This document shows, in pieces, positions 31,130-44,040 of a stretch of 64,000 bases of DNA. A program made the translations under genes and the position numbers. The notes beneath the pieces were generated by a model. The model was given only the letters and a program-made list of their open reading frames with translations. It ran no database searches and had not been told where the DNA came from. Every line of letters begins with the position of its first letter. Position 1 is the first letter of the stretch. The stretch comes from the human T2T-CHM13v2.0 reference genome, Homo sapiens. Where the stretch lies: NCBI RefSeq assembly GCF_009914755.1, contig NC_060930.1; one strand, given 5' to 3'.

Positions 31130-31660
31130 CAGATAGGTAATTGAAACAGGGAATGAATGATGAAAAATAGCATATGATAAACTATCTACTGGCCATTCTT
31201 TCATGATGAACTGTGGAGAGAAGCAACTAGCTGCAGGGCTACCTGGGACATAGTATGATAATTTTGAAAAGATTGCCTCAGAATAGTCCACTAGTGCAAG
31301 AAAAGAAAAGCAGAAGTACCTGTTGGTGTCTTCTGTGTCCTGTCTTTCATTATCTTATCATTGATCTTATTTCTCTTATAAGGTGCTGACTCCCCACATT
31401 TCCAGTTGACATTGGTCTGAAAGCTTTGGCAGCCTCTGGGGAGGCCATATTTTATGCCTGATGATATGGCACTTTATTCCTGTCTGGAAGTTGTGGGTAG
31501 AGTCCTCCAATCCCCAAATGTAGGGTGGCTCCCCTCAGGCACAGAAGTTCATGGCCCATATGAAGTAATTAGGACCCCAAAGGTGACAAAAGTATAACAA
31601 ATGGCCAAAGGTGCAGGGAACAGGGGAGACCAACAGAATCTGAGGAGATACATATGCCCA
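31130..31660 (-). mobile_element. Probable old ERVL-class LTR
   Basis: Adjoins an ERVL internal remnant on the expected 3' side; gctgactccccacatttccagttg resembles old ERVL LTRs; family unresolved. Confidence 0.4.
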
Positions 31661-31699
31661 ATATAATACATTCCTTGACCTACACAGATCCATTCATGT

Positions 31700-32430
31700 C
31701 ACCCCATTATATTTGTCTTCCACAACACAACACGGAGCCTTCATTCTTTATGAGAACAAATGTCTGCACTTCTTCCCTAAAAGAAGAGTTATAAGTCCCC
31801 TTTAGGTGGTGGGCAGTTATGATCTAGGCTGAAGGCCAAAACCTAAATGAAACCAGCTACTGTTCTTACTACTGTAGCTGGTCTAGAGGCTATAATTATT
31901 TCACCTCCCTCCTGGGACACCTAGTTTTAGATTTTCTTCAACATATTCCAGCATATTGTCTGGCCTGAATTACTTCCTGATGAGTGACTCAAAATTTCAT
32001 CACTGACAGTATGAATGTTTATTTGTCTTTTTTATTTTTAAGAGTTGTTGTTGCTGCTGCATTTTTCTATTGACAGTTATCACTAGGAAAAGAAAGGCCC
32101 TGGGTTCCAGACATACATCTTCCTTTGCCTTTGTGTAGTAGCAACCCTAGGCTTTCATTATAATAAGGATTAAATTACTTTACCTAGTATAGTAATTAGC
32201 TCCTCTCTTGGTCTGTGGTTCACAAGTGTGAGAAGCCAGTGTGAGAAGATTTTAGTTGCATTTTCAAGATCTGTGAAATCCTTAATGTGCCCCGGTGAGT
32301 GTCTCATATCCCTAGAAACATAATAACTTCCAATCTGGTTAAACCTAATGTTAAGGGGATGAACAAAAAATACAGTTTGTTTCAAGTAGATTATTAGATA
32401 TGATAGAGAGAAGGCCACTGTTAGCATAAT
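31700..32430 (-). mobile_element. Ancient ERVL internal remnant (dUTPase region)
   Basis: Reverse complement of 32050-32240 is colinear with the HERV-L dUTPase at 9370-9570 (e.g. ctactacacaaaggcaaaggaag vs ctactccacaatggaggtaaagaag; tgataactgtcaatag vs tgattaaggtcaatgg). Confidence 0.6.
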
Positions 32431-32499
32431 CAGTTTCTTCTGACAAAACTAATACTAATGCTTGGCTATGAAAATGGAATATAAACAATGGTGAGTTTA

Positions 32500-32940
32500 T
32501 TCATTCATTGATTCACTTATTTAACATAATTCTTACTTAATATATTCCAGTAATCTAGGGCCTAGGCAACACAGAAATAAAAAACACAGACTTAGTTCAT
32601 GTCCTCATGGAACTCACAGTTGGGAAGGAGGCATGGTCAGAAGTACTAAGTACTAAGTATTAAGTGAAAGTACTAAGTACTCAACAACAAATAAATTTAT
32701 TCAGATGTAATGTGTACCAAAAGGAAACAGGTGCTGAGATAGATGATAGAGCTTAGGTAAACCTACATTTTATAGTCTGGGAAGGCCTCTCTGAGCACAA
32801 GGCATTGATCACGAACTAAACCCACAAAAGTCAAGGGAAGAGTGTGTTTCACAAGTGGTCCAAGTCCCTGAGTTTGGAAAGTGTTTGTCTTTTGGTAGTG
32901 TTGCAAAAAATACAGTGATGCTGAAACACTGTGGTGAAGG
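32500..32940 (-). mobile_element. L2 3' end
   Basis: ttcattcattgattcac tail; gtcctcatggaactcacagt; gggaaggcctctctgag; caagggaagagtg. Confidence 0.75.
32641..32681. repeat. (AAGTACT)n short tandem repeat
   Basis: aagtact aagtact aagtatt aagtga aagtact aagtact. Confidence 0.85.
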
Positions 32941-32984
32941 GAATTATGAAGTAGCAGTACAAAAACAGGCAGGGGGGTAAAGAA

Positions 32985-35900
32985 GAAGGAGAACGGCAGA
33001 TAGGAAGCAGGACTAACTTCCAGCTCGCACTCAGACCCACGAGCAGCGTGTAGAGACCTACATCGTGAATTTTTGCTCCAAGAACTACTGCAGGAAAATA
33101 CCAGGAAAGCTGAGAGAATCCACAGACCCTTTGAAGGGGATGGATTGCCTCTGCAGGCTCCGTGAGACAGCTGAGAAACTGTGGGTCTGCTTGCTTTCTC
33201 AGCTTGAGGGCTTGCAGCCTGGGGCAGGTTCTCAGCCCCGCTTAATGGCTGCCTGGAAATAAACTCAGTGCTGTTGGCAGGGGCACGCTAAGAGTGAGAT
33301 GGGCTGTTTGGGCTGTGCGCTGCATGGAAGCTGGGTGAGGCCTGTGGCTGCTGCTTTCCCCCACTTCCTTGGTGACCTGTGTGATGCAGCAGAGCTAACC
33401 ATCATCTCCTTGAGAATATAACTCCATTGGCCCAGGAACCACTCCCCCATCCCCCACAGCAGCCACAGCAAACCCCACCCAAAAAGAGTCTGAGCTCAGA
33501 TATGCCTAACCCTGCACCAACCTGATGGTCTTTCTCTACCCACCCTGCTAGCTGAAGACAAAGGGCGTAATCCTTTGGGAGCTCTATGGCCCTGCCCACT
33601 GCCTGACCCTAAAGCAAGCTTGTATCCACCCGATACAACCACAGCTGATGCGCTCTTGAAAGCGCCACCTCCTGGCTAGTAACCAACCGACACAAAACCA
33701 GTGCACCTAACAAAAATATAACCAAGGACCCACACAGAGTCCACTTCACTCCCCTGCTACCTCCACTGGAGCGGGTGCTGGTATCTATGGCTGCGAGACA
33801 TGAAGACAGATCACATCACAGGACTCTTTGCAGACTGTCCAGTACCAACCTGGAGCTGGAGCCCAGTAGCTCTGCTGGGTGGCCAGATCCAGAAGAGAAA
33901 TGAAAATCAGTGCAGTTTGGCTCTCAGGATGCCCCATCCCTAGGGGAAAAGGGAGAGCACCATATCAAGGGAGCATCCCATGATACAAAAGAATCTGAAT
34001 AGTAGCCCTTGAGTCCAGATCTCTCCTCTGACATAGTCTACCCAAATGAGAAGAAATCAGAAAAACGATACTGGTAATATGACAAAACAAGTTTCTTTAA
34101 CACCCTAAAAGGATCACACCAGCTCACCAGCAATGGATCCAAACCAAGACAAAATCTCTGGATTACAAGAAAAAAAATTAATAGAATCGACTATTGGGCC
34201 AATCAAGGAGGCACCAGAGAAAGTCAAAGTCCAACATAAAAAAAAAAAATACAGGATATGAATGGAAAAATCTTCAGTGAAATAGCATAAATAAAAAAAA
34301 CAATTACAACTTCTGGAAATGAAGGACACACTTAGAGAATTACAAAATGCCCTGGAAAGTCTCAGCAGTAGAATTGAACACAAAGAAAGAACTGCAGAGC
34401 TCAAAGGCAAGGCTTTTGAATTAACCCAATCTGACAAAGACAAAGAAGAAAGAATTAAAAAGATGAACAAAACCTCCAAGAAGTTTGGGATTATGTTAAA
34501 TGACCAAACCTATAAATAATTGGTGTTAAACCACCATCATTCATCACAGAACTGGAAAAAAAAATCCTAAAATTCATATGGAACCAAAAAAGAGCCCACA
34601 TAGCCAAAGCAAGACTAAGCAAAATGAACATCCAGAGGCATCACATTACCCAAATTTAAACTACACTATAAGGCCATAGTCACCAAAACAGCATGGTACT
34701 GGTATAAAAATAGGCATATACACCAATGGAAAATAATAGAGACCCCAAAAATAAAGTCAAATACTTATAGTCAACTGATCTTCAACAAAGTAAAGAAAAA
34801 CATGAAAGTAGGGAAAGGACACCCGATTCAACAAATGGTGCTGGGATAATTGGCAAGCCACATGTAAAAGAATGAAACTGGATCCGCATCTCTCACCTTA
34901 TACAAAAAATCAGCTCAAGATGGATCAAAGGCTTAAATCTAAGACCTGAAACCACAAAAATTCTAGAAGATAACTTTGGAAAAACCCTTCTAGAAATTGG
35001 CTTAGGCAAAGACTTCATGACCAAGAACCCCAAAGCAAATGCAACAGAAACAAAGATAAATACGTAGGACTTAATTAAACTAAAAGGTTTCTGTACAGAA
35101 AAAGAAATAATCAGCAGATTAAACAGACAACCCCCAGAGTGGGAGAAAATCTTTACAATCTATACATTTGATGAAGGAGTAATTTCCAGTATCTACAAGG
35201 AACTTAAATCAGCAAGAAAAAACAAACAATCTCATCAAAAAGTAGGCTAAGGACCTGAATAGGAAATTCTCAAAAGAAGATATACAAATGGCCAACAAAC
35301 ATATGAAAAAATGCTCAACATTAGTAATGATCAGGGAAACGCAAATCAAAACCACAATGAGATAACACCTTACTCCTGCAAGAATGGCCATATTCAAAAA
35401 GTCAAAACATAATAGATGTTGGTGTGGATGTGGTGAAAAAAGAACACTTTTACAATGTTGGTGGGAATGTGAACTAGTACAACCACTATGGAAAACAGTG
35501 TGGATATTCCTTAAAGAACTAAAAGTAGATCTACTGTTTGATCCAGCAATCACATTCCTGGATATCTACGCAGAAGAAAGGAAGTCATTATATGAAAAAG
35601 ACGCTTGCACATGCATGTTTACAGCAGCAAAATTCATGATTGCAAAAATATGGAACCAGCCCAAATGCCCATCAATCAGCATGTGGATAAAGAAAATGTG
35701 GTCTATATATATAGCACGGAATAGTACTCAGCCATAAAAAGGAATGAAATAATGGCATTTGTAGCAACCTGTATGGAATTGGAGACCATTATTCTAAGTG
35801 AAGTAACTCTTGAATGGAAAACCAAACATTGTATGTTCTCACTCATAAATAGGAGCTTAGCTATAGGGTTGCAAAGGCATACAGATGATACAATGGACTT

Positions 35901-36080
35901 TGGAGATCAGGGAAAGGGTGGGAACGGGGTGAGAGATAAAAGACTACACGTTGGGTATAGTGTACACTTCTTGGGTGATGGGTGCACCAAAATCTCAGAA
36001 ATCATCACTAAGGAACTTATTCATGTAACCAAACTCCACCTGTTCCCCAAAAACCTATTGAAATAAAAGAATAAATTTTA
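32985..36080 (+). mobile_element. L1PB with 5'UTR, ORF1 5' half, a large internal deletion, ORF2 C-terminus and 3'UTR
   Basis: 5'UTR homologous to 49457-50890; ORF1 ATG at 34046; jump at about 34527; ORF2 end [19 protein letters not shown]; L1PB 3' end ccacctgttccccaaaaacctattgaaataaaa. Confidence 0.93.
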
Positions 36081-36565
36081 AAAAATCCTTGAGATCGCGA
36101 GGCTTTCTGGGAATAATTTATTTTTTAAATTATATATAAAAAAGTTGTTAAAGGGAGAAAGTATGCATCTGAAAAGGAATACACAATGAGAAGAACCAGT
36201 GCCGTTACTATGGAGAGCTGAGAGGTGGAGAATGAAAAAGCCATTGGTCTCAGTTTTCCTGCCATGATTGCCTTTTACGAGAAGGATGATATGCCAAGAA
36301 CGGGTGCAGCATTCGCTGGTGCCCTGGACAGCAATCTGGAAAAAAGACAATAAAAATCAGTTTGTCATAAGGTTAAATCACAAAAGACTTCCTAGATTAG
36401 GTTTTCAGATTCTTTTTCCTTTAGAAAGATTAAAAAAAAAAAGAAATATGGGCTAAAAGCTAATTTATTTCTTTTTCTATTTTCCCCTCAGTGCAAGATG
36501 TAACGTTCAGAAAACATGTTGAGCATGTTGAAGCATTACAAAGATCAGTCTTTGGTTGTTGAATT

Positions 36566-36571
36566 AAAAAA

Positions 36572-36610
<39 letters not shown>
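36566..36610. repeat. (GAAA)n microsatellite
   Basis: About 9 perfect units after an A run. Confidence 0.95.
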
Positions 36611-37022
36611 GCAGGGACCAAAGTCCCCATGGTAGTGAGGTTCTTGAGATAACAAGAGGTAATGGGGGCCAGGGCTTAAGGGGAAAGAAGCATTTGGTGT
36701 CTGGCAAGTAGTGAACACTCACTCAAACTTCTTGTTTAAAGAATGTGGAAAGGTCACAATAGAATTGAGGATGCGGGAGATGGGTTTCATAAAGATAGTT
36801 TTAGTTTTGTATTGGTGATGTAAAAAAGAATAGACATTTCCTCTACTATAGCTTTTTTTTCATTGAAGTTATGTCACCAAACATAAAAAAGAAGAAGACA
36901 GATTTCAGAAGGTTTCGAAAAGAGACTATAAAATGATCCAGTTGAATAGTAGAAAGGCAGGCTTACATAAAAAACAAAATATTAGCATTGTCATGTTAAA
37001 TATCTACTAGGAATATTTGATC

Positions 37023-37290
37023 TTTTTTTTTTTTTTTGAGACAGAGTCCCAATCTGTCACCCAGGCTGCAACCTCTGCCTCCCAGGTTCAAGCGATTCTC
37101 CTGCCTCAGTCTCTCAAGTCGCTGGGACTGTAGGTGTGGGCCACCACGCCTAGATCATTTTTGTATTTTTAGTAGAGAGGGGGTTTTGCAGTGTTGGCCA
37201 GGCTGGTCTCGAACTCCCGGCCTCAAGTAATCTGCCTGTTTCGGCCTTCCAATGTGCTGGGACTACAGGCATGAGCCACTGTGCCCAGCC
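37023..37290 (-). mobile_element. Alu (AluJb/old AluS) with a 29-bp deletion in the right arm
   Basis: Poly-T then gagacagagtc; caggctg joined directly to caacctc; ends gtgcccagcc; tgatc on both sides. Confidence 0.92.
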
Positions 37291-37399
37291 TGATCAAAAC
37301 TTTTAGGCAAAACCAATCAAATTTGCTGGATTGTTTGTGCTAGCACTGTACCAGTCCATGGGTACAGGCATAAATAAATGGTTGAGTTTGTCCAGCATA

Positions 37400-38100
37400 T
37401 GCAAAATCAAAGAGAAAAATGTCAAGGGAAATGAGGCCTTATGCCAAGTTTTGAATATAAATGATGAATTTTAGAATCTAAACTAGCCAGAAGAGTGGAG
37501 CCAAGAAGCTGATGTCAGTGAGAGATTGAGCAGAGAAGTTTGGAAAAGTCGAAGATTTGTACTAATGGATGAACCAGTGAGCTCAAAAGATTGGAGGTAT
37601 GCATCAGAGAGAGTGAGGGTGTTCCTTGATGTCACTTGATGTTAGGGTTTCAATGAAGGTTGAAGTTTCAGGTGATGACAAAGCTAATTGTACCCCCAAG
37701 GCAATGTGTATCTATGGGGGCATGCAAAGAGACTCTCAGTGGAGATGAGCATGTCAAGGAACTGAGAGACTTAGATATCAATGGTTAACTCAAATTGATG
37801 TTGAGTCACTGAGAAAGATGGCAAAATTTGGGTAAAAGAGGAAGACTGGGGAGAAAGAAGGGGAGAAACCATATTACCAATAATGAGGGGACTGTGTGAG
37901 GGAGGAGAAAAAGAATGGCATAATCAGATGGCATGAGCCTCAAAGCAATAGGATTTTATTTTTTCAGTAAGGAATTTTACTGTAAAGAATACCCTTACCT
38001 GTATTTCATCCCTGAGGCACCTGGAATCTGTAAGAATATTCAAGCAACTTTAGAGGACTACAGGTGAAATTGTGTGCATGGGGGCAGCACTTCAGTTACA
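37400..38100 (-). mobile_element. L2 internal (ORF2) relic
   Basis: Purine-rich; caggtgatgacaaag, gtcaaggaactgagag, gatgttgagtcac, cagatggcatgagcctcaaag are typical of antisense L2. Confidence 0.55.
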
Positions 38101-38419
38101 AATTCTTCCTTATAAAAAAAATCTGACATTTCAAAGGTGATTTTAAAATAATGAAGTCATTTTTTTTCTATCTGTTACTAAAATCTATCAGACTTAATTT
38201 CTTCATTTAATTAATGTAACTTGTCCCACTCAAATGTCATTTTCCATTTAATGGAAAATTAGTGCCAGTTTGTGCCAATTTTGTGAACAAATTTCTGTAA
38301 ATCATATTTCAATGTCATAATAAAACACCAAAAAATACAGAATATTTTATTGATTTAACTTTCATACTACAAACATATTTTTTTTTTTTTTACCTCTGTG
38401 ACATTTTAGAAATCAAAGG

Positions 38420-38650
38420 AATTCTAGATTGGAGTCAAAGGACTTGGGTAAAGTCTTAACTTTATTTGGTATTGTTTTATATTGGGCAGGTAACCTCCAA
38501 GCCACAATTTCTACCCCGGTAAAGTAGAGTAATACTTGCTGTATAGAACCTCATGGGCTTATGATGTGAAGTTAAGAAGATAGTAATTTGTGTGAAATAA
38601 CTGTTCAGTAAGTGGCACAAGTGAAATATGTTACATAAGTTACTTATTCT
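38420..38650 (+). mobile_element. MIR SINE
   Basis: tggagtcaaaggacttggg...ttgggcaggt...acctcatgggcttatgatgtgaagttaa. Confidence 0.6.
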
Positions 38651-40049
38651 GGGTCCCCATAGTATCCAAAATATACAGCAACACAGCACATATGCTTCAA
38701 TAGACTCACATGTTGTGGTTGGAGGACACATATTGAGGATAATGTCTGGGAATATTGGATTCCATGGAATGGGGGTCTATCTGTATTTCTATGTGAAAAG
38801 GCCAATGGCCATATCATTAGCTCAGTAATGAAACTATGTTACTGCCCTTGGTATAATTTCTTTATGGGATTTTAATATCCCTTATTCAGGAGACAGCTTC
38901 CTCAGAGAGCTGGTGCTGACATCACAATGGGCTTTATTTCAGTGATGTGGATGTGTGTTTGGATTTTTGCCATGTTTGGATCTTATCATGTCATTTCATA
39001 TGTTTATATTGTGCTAGCTGTGCACAGTGTTCATGCATCCTAATAGGAGAGCTGTATATGGTCATTGTTTCAAGAGTTAAATACCAAAGCACATTACTTA
39101 TGCTTTGGCACTGACATGGCCTCAACATTTCATGAATGTTTTGCCAAACACTGAAGGGCAGTATGATAGCTTTCACCAACTTGCATTTTCTTTTATTGTT
39201 TCGAGAGTTAAACAATATCCATGACTTCCTGGGTAGCAATGGCATCCAATAAAGTCCCGTATTATGCCAATACATTTGTCTTTTTGGCCCTGAAACTCTG
39301 ACCAAGATGAAGTAAAATATTAGTGAAATGATCCATTACCATATGCATTTGGGGGGATTATAACTACCCAGGTGATTTACATTTTTAGCTAGTCTTCTAT
39401 TTTATTCCTTTCTTCCTTGAGTCATCTAGATAAATTGGTGGCTTATATCCATCCCAAGATCTTTTATATCCCATCCATTAAAATACCCAAGGTGAAACAC
39501 CTTCACCTCAGCAACAGTCCCTTCTCTAGCCAGTTGTCACAGACCCACTGCTTGCTCTCCTGTTGCAACTCCCTTGCTCTGCAGCAGAAAATTACTATTT
39601 CTATTCCATGTAGTCTACTGAACTAACTGGTCCAGTCTCTCCTTTTAGGCTTCTTGGATTTGAGTTTCTCCTTTCTGTCTTCATTTCGTCCTCTAGGGTG
39701 TCCTGTGGTTTTCAAAAGGTCTCTCCACTTTATCCTTGGTTATGTGGAAACTGACTGGTTGCCTGCAAGGGGATAGGAGCGGAAACTGGATATTTGCCTA
39801 GAATCCCAAATTGCCCTGACACCCTTCTAAGGAAGTGGATGAAGTTACGTACTTATGCTAATCTGTATCAGGATTCACCTGGGGGATACAAGAGCGGCTA
39901 ACTCTGCATTTGTTTGTGGGCAACAACAGTCTAAGCTAGGAAATGTCACATACTCTATCCATACTCCATATGCATCTCACTTTGCTCCACAAAACTACTC
40001 GTAGCTTGATAACCATACCACAGGCACACATCTCCAAGTTTTTGAATAT

Positions 40050-40600
40050 GCAACATCCTCTTATTAGACTACATTTCTGTCTTCTTGTCTAACTCATCTT
40101 GGTTCATTAAGAGTCCTTTTGTACCCTAACCTCTTTATAGTTGTTAAATATTCTTTCTGCAACCATGACACTGGGTGCTTAACAAAACAATGCCACACAT
40201 AAATCCGTTGTAATTTTTAGATTCCTTATCTTTTTCTTCCATTAGCCAGAAGATTCTGAGAATAAGGACTAGATCATTTTCATCTTTTTATCTACAGCGC
40301 CTGGCTTAGTGACTAGCATATAATTAGTATCCTGTGTCTACAGTTGAAAAATCTAAGAAACAGAGATGTGAAATTATTTGTTCAAGGTTAGAAGCTGATG
40401 CAGCCACAGCCCACAGTCATGTATCAATGACTCTTGAAGTCAAGCTGCTAACATCTACTGAAGGGCAATTAAAACATTTCTTTTGGAACATTGGCTCATT
40501 CTGCATTTCATTCATTTAACGAATATACATTGAATCTACTCTATGTGCTCAGTGCCTTGCTAAACTCAGCAAATCAAAGGTAAATCACAGGGATGCTATC
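40050..40600. mobile_element. Cluster of L2 3' ends and a MIR fragment
   Basis: tatctacagcgcctggcttagtgactagcata (L2, +); tacagttgaaaaatctaagaaacagagatg (MIR, -); ttcattcatttaacgaatatacattga (L2, -). Confidence 0.55.
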
Positions 40601-42063
40601 TGCCTTATAGTTCGATTCTTTAGTCATTCCTTCTGGTACCTCATTGGCCTACTGTGTTTCTTGGCTCCAGCTTCACTATTCCATTTCTGACATGCCCCTT
40701 ACAGAGCTCACAGTGCCTCTATTTGAAACCCAGTCACTGTAGAGAACATTATGTATATTTACAACTCTTCTGCTAACAAACCCTTTCAGGCCTCTGGTTT
40801 TAATTTTTTCTACATTCTGCTTTCATCCAGCAAGAAAGTGAAAATAATATATCATGAAATAGAATTTTTCCTATTGTATCCCCCAAACTGAACTTAACAA
40901 ATATTAAGTACCTCTGTATTCTAAAAAGAACAGACAAGGAACTTCCACACACCCACCTTTAGTATGGCTAAAGGAAGCCAGAGGGGTCCATATAACTTCC
41001 CCACCACGTCATTCTCCACCCAATGTTAGTGGAAAGCTAGATTGCATTGAGAAACTCATAGGAAGAAAAATTTTTGATTGAGAAGAGAGTGCTTGGTGTT
41101 TCACCTCTGTCCTCTTGGCAGAGAGGTTAGGTTTTAAGCATCTCCCTTTAAACCAACTGAGAGAGTTCTAAAGAAACAGAAAGGAGTAAATGGCCCACAT
41201 TCCCTGGCTACAAGCTAACTGAGCTCTTAGATTCATTCAGTGTCATCTGACCTTAATACAGTGAGAAAAAGAAGATCTTCAGTTTTATCCCTCCAAGTTT
41301 GAGGCGGGACATGAACAAAATGACTGGTATCCGATTCTTGTCTGAAGATTTTAAAGGCAGGAGTTTGACTGTAAAAGCTGATGATTGATAAGAGAGAAAA
41401 AGAGCTGCAAGGTGTTGACTGCACTTCTACTTTTGGAGTTTTCAAGAAAATGCAACAGAGGTAGCTAAGCTTGAGGTGCCATGAAGTTATCTCCAGTAAG
41501 AGAGGGTAGGACATGAGAAAGCAGGAGCTAAATGGTACATTTCATGTGATCAGCTGGAGAGCACATCCTTCACTACAGAAACTGTCCGGTCTGGAGGTCT
41601 CTGTGTGTGACTGGGGAGGCAGGTTCCGAATAAACCATAGACACAATCTATTACAAAGTGAACATTTGGATGTCTACCATGACAGATGGCATCAACAGGC
41701 AAAATAAAAGAAACACTAGCATCAACTAAATAAGTGAATTTTTGCTTGTGTTTCTTTAATTTACTGTCCCTTGTTCTGTCCTTGAAGTTCCCAACAGGAG
41801 GAAGGGAAAGAGCTAAAAAATAGACAAGCAGTTAACTATATCTTCTCTGAGTCAATGGTTATATCTTAACTGAAGAGAAGGGGAAATTTGAAAGTCTGTC
41901 ATTTATATGGGCAAGGAAGGGGGAAGGGTAATTCATATTTGAATCAGGGAGTAGAAAAATACTGAGTTGTTCCTTGTTTGTGTTACTGCAATTTTACTCT
42001 ATTGAATAATAGAGAAAAAGAAATGAATCTCTAAGATAAATGCAAGTCGTCTCAGCAAATATA

Positions 42064-42427
42064 TAAACAGTCCCCAAGTTACCATGGTTCAATTTAGGAT
42101 TTTTCAACTTTATGATGGTGCAAAAGTGGTATGCATTCAGTAGCAACCACACTTCGAGTACCCATACAACTATTTCCCTTTTAGTAGAGCAGTCAATAAA
42201 TTGCATAAGATATTCAACATTTTATCATAAAAATAGGCTTTGTGTTAGATGATTTTGCCCAACTGTAGGCTGATGTAAGTGTTCTGAGCATGTTTAAGGT
42301 AGGCTAGGCTAAGCTATGATGCTCAATAGGTTAGGTCTATTAAATGGGTTTTTGACTTACAGTATTTTCAACTCACAATGGGTTTAACAAGACATAGATA
42401 GCCCCATAGTAAATTCCAAAGCATCTG
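42064..42427 (-). mobile_element. MER47A-like (TcMar-Tigger) MITE
   Basis: gatgattttgcccaactgtaggct...tttaaggtaggctaggctaagctatgatg; TA at both ends (42062-42063, 42428-42429). Confidence 0.85.
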
Positions 42428-42442
42428 TATTTGTTTTGTTGC

Positions 42443-42470
42443 TACACACACACACACACGTGTGTGTGTA
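42443..42470. repeat. (CA)n(TG)n palindromic microsatellite
   Basis: acacacacacgtgtgtgtgt at 42450-42469 is a perfect 20-bp palindrome. Confidence 0.9.
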
Positions 42471-42579
42471 TACATTTCACCAACAATGTCCTGGCTTCAT
42501 GATGTTTTTATCATCATATTTTTAATAATTAATCATCAATTAATATTAATTCTAATATATGATACATATTATGTGTTCA

Positions 42580-43085
42580 TTTAGTCAACTATTCATTCGT
42601 TTATGCATTCAATACCTATATGAGCACTTATACCATATGAGGTGCTATCCTATAAAAAACCTGAGGATCAGAGAGGTCTAGATAAATCTCTTAAAAGTCA
42701 TACAATGATAAGTGGTATAGCAGAGACTTAAAATTGGGGCTTCCAAATCAAAATCCTATGTGCCTGAGTGCTAGGCTAGACTACCTACTTTAAGTCCGAA
42801 TATTGTCTCCTACTGATTGAGATGAGAAAAAAATACCATGATCCATTGCTATGTGTTGCTTAGGGACCTTCTGTGTTGTAACAATCACAAAACTTGGAGA
42901 AAACCTATATGGAAAGCACAATTCACCATTATTATTCTCATTGTAAATTCAAAGAAACCAAAACAAAGCAAGCTTTAGTAATGTGCCCCTGGTTTAGACC
43001 TACTATGTGTTGGAGGTACAGTTTGAAACCAGCTAGTCTAGCTTCAAAGGCCACACTCATAAATACTAAGTGCTCTTAACCATCC
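42580..43085 (-). mobile_element. L2 tail plus two MIR fragments
   Basis: attcattcgtttatgcattcaa; aacctgaggatcagagagg; attattctcattgtaaattcaaagaaacc. Confidence 0.55.
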
Positions 43086-43129
43086 TCATATGAGGCTTCT
43101 GATGCACACTTGAAAGAGATTCTTAAAGC

Positions 43130-44040
43130 CTTAGAAGGGGAATTACTGGATATTAAAATATGTGTCCAATCTCAGGAAGTATTTGTATAAATTTATACTT
43201 CTGCAAGCAGTGAATAAGACTTCCTGTTACTCTGTTTCCTCACCAATACTTTATATTATTGGACTTTTCAAACTTTTGCCTATCTCATTCTAATATGGTT
43301 GTAATATGGTACTTAATTATTGTCTGAATTTGCATTTTCCTGAAAACTGATGATGTTCTATATATTCTCATGTTTATCTGCTTTGTAAAACATGTCCATA
43401 GCTTTTACTTATTTCCTGTCTTGTTGCCTATATAGGCTTTTATTTTCTTTGTTATACATCCTGTACACAAGGTGTCATAGACTTGTCTTTTTCTTTTATT
43501 TTGTATCCTTTTTTGAAATAAAATTTTTAATTTTAGTCTGATATACATAAAGTCATATTTAAAAAGATTTCCCCAGACCCAAATTATAAAAGTCACCTAC
43601 ATTTTTAAATAGTATTTATGGCTGTTTGCTTGCTTCTTTCTCTGTTTTGTATTGTTTTAGATTTTTGGCTTTAGTGTTTAGATTTCTGATCCAGTTGGAA
43701 TATGTTCTGATGTATCATGTGAGTTTGTTTTCCAACTGGCTATCCAGTGCTCATTTAAACATGTTTCTTTCTTAAACCTATCATTCCCTGAGAGATTTAA
43801 AATATCATCTGAATTATAAAATACATTTCCTTATGTACTTATACCTATTTCTTGAATTTATCCTCTATTTCACTGGTCTTTCCATTTATTCATTCATGGG
43901 GACCACACTATTTTAATTATAGGGGTTTTATAATGTGTTTTAATATCTGGAAGAGCTATTTTCTACTCACTACTCATTTGTGTAAAATTTTCCTAGTTTT
44001 TCTTCATATTTGTTCATTTTATTTATATACTTGTTTCTCT
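43130..44040 (-). mobile_element. Old L1ME-type fragment (continues at about 46200-46670 and 49086-49190)
   Basis: ggaattactgga...cagcagtg-like, ctcaccaatact, aatttgcattttcctga, accacactattttaattat. Confidence 0.7.

Noticed and set aside
40860-41950. Possible ancient LTR or other repeat
   Set aside because: Composition is suggestive but I could not match a family
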